Shown piece after piece: positions 35,993 to 43,914 of a DNA stretch of 64,000 bases. The DNA is from Nitrososphaera sp. (GTDB taxonomy: Archaea; Thermoproteota; EX4484-205; JAAOZO01), in contig JBAMLO010000053.1 in NCBI GenBank assembly GCA_039793485.1, positions 12,948-76,947 of the forward strand, written 5' to 3'. Below the pieces are notes generated by a model. It saw only the letters and a program-made list of their open reading frames with translations. It did not search any database and was not told the DNA's origin. The translations under genes and the position numbers were made by a program. How positions within the stretch are numbered: the first letter of the stretch is position 1; every line of letters begins with the position of its first letter.

Positions 35993-37153
35993 ATGGGACT
36001 CACGACCTACTTACTTAGGTACGCGCTTAGGGATATGGTAGCTAGGAAGACAAGAACAACGTTGACGCTTCTTGGAATAACGATAGGAGTAGCTTTCATG
36101 ATAATGCTGAGTAGTTTAACTGCTTCAATGAAAGAAAGAGTGAAAATGGATGTGGAGTCTCTACTAGGTTCGGCCATAATTGTTTCAGATAAGGATGTGG
36201 AGCCTATTCCGATTTACATAGGAGGAGAAATAAGCAAAATACCAGGAGTAAAGTCAGTTGTACCAGTTATTCTTGGGGGATGCATGGTTAAAGGAGAGGG
36301 TGCGCTTTTGTTAGGAGTGCCAGTTTCAGAAATTCCTTCTTTTGTACCTATGCCGACAGGTAGACTTCCGACTTCTGACTCAAGCTACGAATTTCTTACA
36401 ACAGACATTAGCGCACAACAAATGCATGTAAAAATCAATGGAACCATAAAAATTTTTACTCAAACAGAAAGGTCAGGGGTTAACTTGAAGCTTGTAGGCA
36501 CTACTGAAATAGGAGGATTCTTTCAAGGGTTGGCAGCAGGTAAAGGAGCCGTAATTGTAGTTGGTCTTGAAATGGCTCAAAAATTGTTGAGTTTAAATGG
36601 CTACGTTACATACTTTGTTATAAGGCTTAACGACACTACTTTTGCAGACAGTGTTATAGTTGCAATAAAGTCAATAAATCCTAGAGTAAAAGTTTTAACA
36701 GAGTGGGATTTGCTGAAGGGCTTGACAAACATACTAGATACCATAGATGCACTTATGATAGCAATTAGTGGAGTTAGTTTAACAGTTGCAGGTCTCAGTA
36801 CGATGAACGCAATAACTATGAGCGTTACAGAAAAAAGAAGAGAAATTGGAGTTTTAAAATCAATTGGAGCGGAAAGGTGGCATGTATTGTTTATATTTTC
36901 TTCGCAGGGAATAATCTTAGGAATTTTTGGTGGTTTACTTGGAGGTATACTCGGATATGTTGGAGCTTATTACCTTGTAAGTTACATTCTGCCAAATTAT
37001 ATAATAAAAAGCTTAACATTTCCGTTTGTATTTGACGTACAATCCTATGCAAAGGGGTTTGTGGTAAGCATACTGGTTAGTTTTATTTCAAGCTTAGTAC
37101 CTTCTTATGAAGCTAGTAAAGTAAGACCAATAGAGGCGTTGAGATATGAGTGA
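35993..37153 (+). CDS. ABC transporter permease, MacB/FtsX (type VII) family
   Basis: RKTRTTLTLLGITIGV, large extracellular domain, SVTEKRREIGVLKSIGA, three C-terminal TMs, PSYEASKVRPIEALRYE. Confidence 0.92.
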   Translation: MGLTTYLLRYALRDMVARKTRTTLTLLGITIGVAFMIMLSSLTASMKERVKMDVESLLGSAIIVSDKDVEPIPIYIGGEISKIPGVKSVVPVILGGCMVKGEGALLLGVPVSEIPSFVPMPTGRLPTSDSSYEFLTTDISAQQMHVKINGTIKIFTQTERSGVNLKLVGTTEIGGFFQGLAAGKGAVIVVGLEMAQKLLSLNGYVTYFVIRLNDTTFADSVIVAIKSINPRVKVLTEWDLLKGLTNILDTIDALMIAISGVSLTVAGLSTMNAITMSVTEKRREIGVLKSIGAERWHVLFIFSSQGIILGIFGGLLGGILGYVGAYYLVSYILPNYIIKSLTFPFVFDVQSYAKGFVVSILVSFISSLVPSYEASKVRPIEALRYE

Positions 37154-38033
37154 AAAGTATGCACTAGAATGCATAGATGTAGACAAATACTATGTAATGG
37201 GAAGTTACAAAATATACGCGCTGAAAAATGTAAGCTTTAAGGTAAGCTATGGAGATTTAGTTTCTATAGTAGGGCCTTCCGGCTCAGGTAAGTCAACTCT
37301 TCTTCATATAATAGGCACATTAGATAAACCCAGTAAAGGTATTGTAAAAATAGATTCCATTGACGTTACAAACTTTAACGAGAGTGAACTTTCTAGATTT
37401 AGGAGAGAAAAAATAGGGTTTGTATTTCAGTTCTTTAACTTGGCAACGCACTTAACAGCAATAGAGAACGTTGCTTTGCCAATGCTATTTTCAAGAAAAT
37501 ACAACAGCAAGGAAGCAGAAATTAGGGCCAAGTTACTGCTTTCGTTAGTTGGACTACCAGAGCAAAGGTTCAAGAACACACCAAGACAACTTTCTGGTGG
37601 TCAACAACAGATGGTAGCAATTGCGAGAGCCCTAGCAAACGACCCTGCAGTAATTTTAGCTGATGAACCTACTGGAAATCTTGACCTGGAGTCTACCTCT
37701 AAGGTTCTGTCTACAATAAAGTTTCTTAACGAAATAACAAAGAAAACTTTTGTTATAGTTACGCATAATGTTGAAGTTGCAACCTTTACAAAAAGCATAC
37801 GGTTCATTAGAGATGGAAAGATATTTGAAAAACCGCCGGATGATTTCCTAAAGATGAAAGTTACAGGAAGTGAAGATTTTCTGAGAAAGGACGAAGGAAG
37901 AATATACAAAGCAATTATAGACTTTGAAGAAGAAGTTGTGAAGCGAAGGTTCATAGATGGAGAAATCGATGAAGCAACGTTGGAAAATGAGATGCTGGAA
38001 ATAGAACAAAAAAGAAAAACTCTTAAGTTATAA
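37146..38033 (+). CDS. ABC transporter ATP-binding protein (LolD/MacB-like) with C-terminal SHOCT-like extension
   Basis: GPSGSGKST, FVFQFFNL, LSGGQ, ADEPTGNLD, VTHN; about 65-aa tail containing GEIDEATLE. Confidence 0.92.
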   Translation: MSEKYALECIDVDKYYVMGSYKIYALKNVSFKVSYGDLVSIVGPSGSGKSTLLHIIGTLDKPSKGIVKIDSIDVTNFNESELSRFRREKIGFVFQFFNLATHLTAIENVALPMLFSRKYNSKEAEIRAKLLLSLVGLPEQRFKNTPRQLSGGQQQMVAIARALANDPAVILADEPTGNLDLESTSKVLSTIKFLNEITKKTFVIVTHNVEVATFTKSIRFIRDGKIFEKPPDDFLKMKVTGSEDFLRKDEGRIYKAIIDFEEEVVKRRFIDGEIDEATLENEMLEIEQKRKTLKL

Positions 38034-38039
38034 CAGATA

Positions 38040-40256
38040 CTAACTGGATTTTTGGGCTAACTTAATTCTGTTCAAGATTTTGTTGAGCTCTTTTCTTCTT
38101 TTACCTTTTTTCATTAAAGATAGAGAATGCACTGTTACTAAAGCAAATCCAACAATTACAGAAGCTAAGACCAGTATGCGCTGACAGTTAGCAAGGGAGA
38201 GTTCTTGCTTTTTGGGTGGGTTGAAACTAAATTGATTCTTTGAAATATTTAGATTTGCTATATCGTATTGTGCTATGTTGGCAAAGTAATTCTCCTCTAA
38301 GCTGTTAGTGTTGTCTAACCTAGCTATTGCAATAGCATAGCTACTAGATGAGTTTAGTATAACGTTTACTGGTGTTCCATTAAGATCTAACAATTTTTCA
38401 TTCGTTTCTTTAGCAAAGTTAAAAATTGGAATTATTGCAGGTTTATCTGGGTTACTGTAGAGTATTAGATACTGAACGAAAACGCAATCTCTTCCGAAAG
38501 CACGTGTTACATTCTCTTGGAGTATAGTTCCTTTTCCATTTATTATGGTCGTGTAGTTCTCAAGTAAAATTTCAGGAGAAATATAAGACAGCTCCTTTTG
38601 TTTATTCTCTAAGCTTTTTATTTCGTTTCTTATTCTTTCTAAATTTTTTTCAACTTCATTAATTTTGTTCATGAGCTCGTTTAGCTGAGATTGAGTGGTG
38701 TTTATTTGATTTCCAAGGTTCACAGATGCATTTTTTATTATATTGCTTTGCTCAATATTCATCTCACCAGCTTTGACTAAAGAATTACCAAGCGTTACTA
38801 ACGAACTCTTAAATAATAGTAAGTTATTTTTCATACTTGAAAGAGAAGAGCTTAGCTGTAGTACTTGATTTCTAGCATTGCTTAAAGTGTTTTTCAAAGC
38901 TTCAGCATCAACCTGAGATAGGAGGTTTAAAGTGCTGTTTACTACGATTTGCCTTTGCTGCGCATTTCTTATTAAACCATTTACTATGTTAATTGAATTC
39001 AGAATGCTTTGTTTTAACGAACTATTTGTAGTATAGTAGTACACGTAACTTAAAGTTTGGTTTAACTCTAACAACCGCGTAATGTCGGACGCTTGAGAAG
39101 AACTAATACTCTGCAACTTGCTCTTTGCTTCTTGCACCAATTGTGGTAAATTGTTTATGAAGTAGTCAACTTGCGGTGTACTTAGAAAACTTGCTATGCT
39201 ACTTACTGAAGAAATTACTACATCCAATTGTGAAACAGCACTGTCGATATTTTTTGACGCAGAAGTCAAATTCCTTCCTATTGATTGAAGAGTTTTTCCT
39301 TCTAAACTTAGAGAGTTGGCTAGCAAATCCAGTTTGTTCTTAAACTCCACCAAAGTATTTAATGAGTTATTTGCTGAAGCATAGCTACTATTCAAGAAAT
39401 TAAGATAATCACTTAAGCTTTTGTTGGCATTCGTTAGCGCATCTTTAACTTTATCAAGTTGAGATGACGAATAAGACAGAGTAAACGGAGACAAGCTAAT
39501 TATACCCCAGTCACTAAAGTTTTTTACTCTTGCGTTGATAATTATTGTAGCAACGTTGTTTACTAACAAAGTCCAGCTGTAGACACCTCCTGATGTCGTA
39601 GAATTTGGTTGCGGGTTTAGGTCTTGAACTTCTACAAACTGGTTGTTAAGTTCAACTGAAAAAAGCACTGGAATTTTAAGGTTACTTGCGTATTTGTTGA
39701 AGGCTTCGTTATTTGTTATTGTAATGTTCCAACTTATAGAGTCATTAATGTTTAGATTCATAAATTCATAATTTTTAAAGTAATTTAGTTTCGGAGTCTT
39801 TGAGTTAACTGACAAGTGACACTCAACCCTTAGAGGAGGTACTGTTGGCACTGCTTCAATTTCTATGGTACTATCTCCCTTTGGTGCATTTACTTTCAGA
39901 TTAACTAAAGTTAAGTTTTCATAAGTTCTAATACTAACTATGCTAGCGTTGCCTTCACTAACTTTTACTGAGCTTGGGACAACATCCTTCAGAATTATTT
40001 TGATTAATATAGTAGACAGGTTATTACCTTGGTTGTTTATGTAAATTGTGTACGTAAGGTAGCTTTCTTGGCTATGTTTTATAGGATCTAGGTTAACATT
40101 GTAAGAGATTACTCCTTTCAATCGTATTGAACTTTCAGCTGATGTTAATCCAGTAAACAAAGAAGAAAAAATTAAGAGAAAGACTAAGCTCTTTAAAAAT
40201 GCACGACCTTTAGCTAGATAAAGTATTCTCATAAGAGCAACTTTCAAGATAGTCAA
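38040..40256 (-). CDS. Membrane-anchored extracellular protein with long coiled coil
   Basis: Signal-like N-terminus, beta-rich domain, about 300 aa heptad region, second beta-rich segment, C-terminal TM with basic tail; about 20 N-x-S/T sequons. Confidence 0.8.
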   Translation of the reverse strand: MTILKVALMRILYLAKGRAFLKSLVFLLIFSSLFTGLTSAESSIRLKGVISYNVNLDPIKHSQESYLTYTIYINNQGNNLSTILIKIILKDVVPSSVKVSEGNASIVSIRTYENLTLVNLKVNAPKGDSTIEIEAVPTVPPLRVECHLSVNSKTPKLNYFKNYEFMNLNINDSISWNITITNNEAFNKYASNLKIPVLFSVELNNQFVEVQDLNPQPNSTTSGGVYSWTLLVNNVATIIINARVKNFSDWGIISLSPFTLSYSSSQLDKVKDALTNANKSLSDYLNFLNSSYASANNSLNTLVEFKNKLDLLANSLSLEGKTLQSIGRNLTSASKNIDSAVSQLDVVISSVSSIASFLSTPQVDYFINNLPQLVQEAKSKLQSISSSQASDITRLLELNQTLSYVYYYTTNSSLKQSILNSINIVNGLIRNAQQRQIVVNSTLNLLSQVDAEALKNTLSNARNQVLQLSSSLSSMKNNLLLFKSSLVTLGNSLVKAGEMNIEQSNIIKNASVNLGNQINTTQSQLNELMNKINEVEKNLERIRNEIKSLENKQKELSYISPEILLENYTTIINGKGTILQENVTRAFGRDCVFVQYLILYSNPDKPAIIPIFNFAKETNEKLLDLNGTPVNVILNSSSSYAIAIARLDNTNSLEENYFANIAQYDIANLNISKNQFSFNPPKKQELSLANCQRILVLASVIVGFALVTVHSLSLMKKGKRRKELNKILNRIKLAQKSS

Positions 40257-40306
40257 AATAGCAAGAATGTTTCTTATTTAAACGTTTCCTCAAAATAATA
40301 GATATT

Positions 40307-41230
40307 TTACGATATTAAAAGTTTTAAGATTGCTTCTTGAACATAAAGTCTGTTTTCAGCCTGTTGAAAGACTACAGAATGGGGCCCATCTATAACTTCG
40401 TCTGTAACTTCTTCATTTCTATGAGCGGGTAAGCAGTGCATAAATATAACATCCTCTTTTGCTTTTTTCAAAAGTGATGTGTTTACCTGATAAGCAGAAA
40501 ACGTTCTTTTTCGCTCTTCCTTTTCTTTTTCAAAGCCCATGGATACCCAAACATCAGTATAAATGATATCAGCATCTTTTACTGCTTCTGAAGGATCGTG
40601 CGAAAGTAAAAGTTTTCCTCCTTGTTTGTTAGCAATTTCTAATGCTTTTCTTAACAACTCTTTGTTTGGCTCGTAACCAACAGGCGTACAAATAACTACT
40701 TCCATTCCAAGCATGCTTCCAGCCAGCATTAGAGAATTCGCAACGTTGTTGCCGTCTCCAACATAGGTTATCTTTAACCCTCTTGTTTCTCCTTTTACTT
40801 CTTGGATTGTAAACATATCTGAGATAGCTTGGCAAGGATGCTCTAAGTCGGAGAGGGCATTAATTATAGGTATCGAAGAATTTTCAGCTAACTCAACAAG
40901 ACTATTATGAGAAAAAACTCTTGCTGCGACAGCATCAACGTATCTAGAAAGAACCTTTGCTGTGTCTGCAATAGTTTCGCCGCGTGAAAGTTGGAGCTCA
41001 TTTGCGCTTAAATAAATAGAGTTCCCCCCTAAAAGATACATAGCAACTTCAAACGAAACTCTTGTTCGAGTGGAGGGCTTCTCAAATAAGAGGGCCAAAG
41101 TTTTTCCCTTTAAGTCCTCTCTCACCCCTTTTTTTAGTTTAACCTCGTCCTTGAAATCCTTTGCCAGCTCTAGAATTTTCTCTAATTCTTCAGGGCTTAG
41201 ATCTAGAATAGAAAGTAGGTCCTTTTTCAT
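40307..41230 (-). CDS. argF: Ornithine carbamoyltransferase
   Basis: STRTR, HPCQ, GDGNNV, YTDVWVSMG, HCLP, QAENR. Confidence 0.97.
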   Translation of the reverse strand: MKKDLLSILDLSPEELEKILELAKDFKDEVKLKKGVREDLKGKTLALLFEKPSTRTRVSFEVAMYLLGGNSIYLSANELQLSRGETIADTAKVLSRYVDAVAARVFSHNSLVELAENSSIPIINALSDLEHPCQAISDMFTIQEVKGETRGLKITYVGDGNNVANSLMLAGSMLGMEVVICTPVGYEPNKELLRKALEIANKQGGKLLLSHDPSEAVKDADIIYTDVWVSMGFEKEKEERKRTFSAYQVNTSLLKKAKEDVIFMHCLPAHRNEEVTDEVIDGPHSVVFQQAENRLYVQEAILKLLIS

Positions 41231-41746
41231 AGTTTATTACTTTCATTTTTTAAGTTTATAAATGTTGGTCTAGGGAGGGGTCAGCCAACGGAGATTTAAA
41301 GGATCTATCTTTACTACAAAGCAAAAAATATTATGTGAAGTGAATAGACCTATGCGAGTATAAGGCAGCTTACGTACTGTTCAAGACAGAAAATCTTTTT
41401 CTAGGAGGATTGAGCCTTATCGAAGCAGTTACAGCTAAAGCTTTATACTTTGAGACTAAGTCGAAGGCACTTTAAATTTCTTAGAGGAACTGAGGTTTCA
41501 AAATTAAAAAGATACCGTGCTTTAAAGAATAGAAGTTGCTTTGACCAAATTTTCTCACATAGGGCAATGAGTAGTTTTCGGCATTAAGTATTTTATCCAA
41601 ATTCGACAGGCAAAACAGCCAGCTTTTAGCAAGAACTCTAAAAGAAAACCAGCGTGAATAAGAATTGTATATTATTTAACCTGACTGAGAAAGCTTATCC
41701 TTTGATAGGAACCAAAGGTCCTGGGTGGCTTTTGCTTGAGTAGAAG

Positions 41747-43063
41747 CTATTTTATTCTTTTTTTAATCGCCTCTTCTAGAGACCCTTTGATTTCTTGTAG
41801 CTCGTACTTAACTTGAACTAGTGGCTTATTCAACTTTAACAATCTTTTCAGATTCACTGGCGTTCCACTTACAACTACTTCAGCTGGACATGAATTCAAA
41901 GAAACCTCAAGGTCTTTTATTTGCTCTTTACTGTATCCTACTGCTGGCATTGATTTCAAGGGATGCTTATAGCTTTCTATTAGGCTTTTTACTTCACCTA
42001 CTGCATAAGGAGTAGGATCCAAAATTTTAGCAGAACCATTGTTCACAGCCGCAATATAGCCTGCACCGTACTCAAGTTCACCATGCGTTAAAGTTGGACC
42101 ATCATCCACAGCAACTGCAACTCTACCGCGAATTAGTTCAGGTTCATCAACCAAAAGCTTAAGCTCTGCTTCTATAATCTCCGCCCTAGGATTCAACTTC
42201 TTTATGTTGCTTTTAACTTTTTCTATGTTCTCTTTTGGAGCAGAGTTAACTTTACTTATTATTACGACGTCAGCCATTCTGACGTTTGTCTCTCCAGGGT
42301 AGTATAGGACTTCATGTCCAGGCCTAAGAGGATCTACAACAGTAATTGTGAGGTCAGACTTAAAGAAAGGAAAATCGTTGTTTCCGCCATCCCATAGAAT
42401 TACGTCAGCCTCCTTCTCTGCCTCTCTTAGAATCTTTTCATAGTCAACTCCAGAATAAACTATGTTTCCATTCTCAATGTGCGGCTCGTACTCTTCCCTC
42501 TCTTCTATTGTGCAACCATACTTGTTAAGGTCGTCTATACTTTCAAACCTCTGAATTACTTGCAATCTTAAGTCACCGTATGGCATTGGATGCCTTACAA
42601 CTACAACTTTCTTACCCATTTGCTTTAGTATTTTTGACACTCTCCTAGTTGTTGGGCTTTTTCCAGATCCAGTTCTTGAGGCTACGATAGATATAACTGG
42701 TTTTTTTGAGTGCAGCATTGTATCTTTAGGACCAAGAAGAAGAAAAGAAGCCCCAGCAGCCTGTACCTCAGAAGCCTTATGCATAACGTATTCGTGAGAA
42801 ACATCTGAGTAAGAGAAGCAAACCAAATCAACGTTTTCTTTCTTTATTAATTCCACTAGCTCTGATTCTGGGTAGATATCTATTCCATTGGGGTACAGTG
42901 GCCCTGCCAGTTCAGGAGGGTATTTTCTTTTTTCAATGTTTGGGATTTGTGTTGCTGTAAAGGCAACTACTTTATAGTTTGGATTATTCCTAAAGTAAAC
43001 ATTAAAGTTATGAAAGTCTCTTCCTGCAGCACCCATTATGATTACCCTTTGGGTCATCGCCAC
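41747..43063 (-). CDS. arcE: Arginine synthetase ArcE-like P-loop protein (cyclic 2,3-diphosphoglycerate synthetase-like family)
   Basis: IMGAAGRDFHNFN, RTGSGKS, RHPMPYG, TIEEREEYEPH, WDGGNND, DGPTLTHG; adjacent to argF. Confidence 0.78.
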   Translation of the reverse strand: MAMTQRVIIMGAAGRDFHNFNVYFRNNPNYKVVAFTATQIPNIEKRKYPPELAGPLYPNGIDIYPESELVELIKKENVDLVCFSYSDVSHEYVMHKASEVQAAGASFLLLGPKDTMLHSKKPVISIVASRTGSGKSPTTRRVSKILKQMGKKVVVVRHPMPYGDLRLQVIQRFESIDDLNKYGCTIEEREEYEPHIENGNIVYSGVDYEKILREAEKEADVILWDGGNNDFPFFKSDLTITVVDPLRPGHEVLYYPGETNVRMADVVIISKVNSAPKENIEKVKSNIKKLNPRAEIIEAELKLLVDEPELIRGRVAVAVDDGPTLTHGELEYGAGYIAAVNNGSAKILDPTPYAVGEVKSLIESYKHPLKSMPAVGYSKEQIKDLEVSLNSCPAEVVVSGTPVNLKRLLKLNKPLVQVKYELQEIKGSLEEAIKKRIK

Positions 43064-43140
43064 TCACATACTAGTAATTACTTTTACTAATAACTGTTTT
43101 GCTTTTAACAACAAAAGTTAGAAAAGCTTACTCTTTTAGT

Positions 43141-43914
43141 TTATACACTTGTAATGCTTCTTAAGTTTCCCAATTTTCCAAAGTATAGCGGACCGACTTC
43201 TTCATCAATTGCTAGGACTTTTAAGTCGTCTACCAAGGCGTACTCTCTGAGAATAGGAGAAAGAAGCTCTTCTTTTGGCAACAAGTTAATTTCGGATCCT
43301 GTTGATACGTATGAAAAAGCAGGTGAGACAACGAGGTTTCTACCATCGACCAATTTGCCATATAGAAAGCATTCTAACTTGTCTTTTATTCCAAGCTCAT
43401 CAAACAATGCAATTGAGGGATGCTCATGCCCTATTATCATTGTGTCCCAATCTTTATCGAAAAAAGATTCTGGCAAAACATGCCCATGTGTTATCAAGTA
43501 TTTGTTTATCTTTATTTCATCAACAACTTCAAGTTGAAATTTTTTTGTTACTCTAGTGATGAATGTGTCATGATTTCCTCTTACAATTACTATATCTTTG
43601 AACTTAGTTTTAACATAGTCCAAAAAGTTAAGGACTTCCTTGTATTCGTGATAAGAAGTTTCAGAAAATTCATACTTGATGTCGCCATTTAGAACCAACG
43701 TCCTGAACTTAAATTCGGATAAACGTTTTATAAGTGCTATTTCTTTTTCATACTGAATCTTTGGCAGAAATATTCCTTTCTCAGCCATTGCAACTTCGTA
43801 TCCAAGGTGAAGGTCTGAAATTACTATCGTACTTACATCAACTAAAAACAATGCTGGAACAGAGTCATAAACTTCTACATTTTTAAAAAGTTCTATGAAC
43901 TTCTTAGTTTCCAT
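43141..43914 (-). CDS. Metallophosphoesterase (MPE, Lhr-associated)
   Basis: SDLHLG, NGD, RGNHD, HGH, GHEHP, PAFS; abuts the lhr stop. Confidence 0.9.
   Translation of the reverse strand: METKKFIELFKNVEVYDSVPALFLVDVSTIVISDLHLGYEVAMAEKGIFLPKIQYEKEIALIKRLSEFKFRTLVLNGDIKYEFSETSYHEYKEVLNFLDYVKTKFKDIVIVRGNHDTFITRVTKKFQLEVVDEIKINKYLITHGHVLPESFFDKDWDTMIIGHEHPSIALFDELGIKDKLECFLYGKLVDGRNLVVSPAFSYVSTGSEINLLPKEELLSPILREYALVDDLKVLAIDEEVGPLYFGKLGNLRSITSV

Noticed and set aside
41231-41746. Carbamate kinase remnant between arcE and argF
   Set aside because: No ALGGNA or HGNGPQVG-like motifs in the frames I translated.
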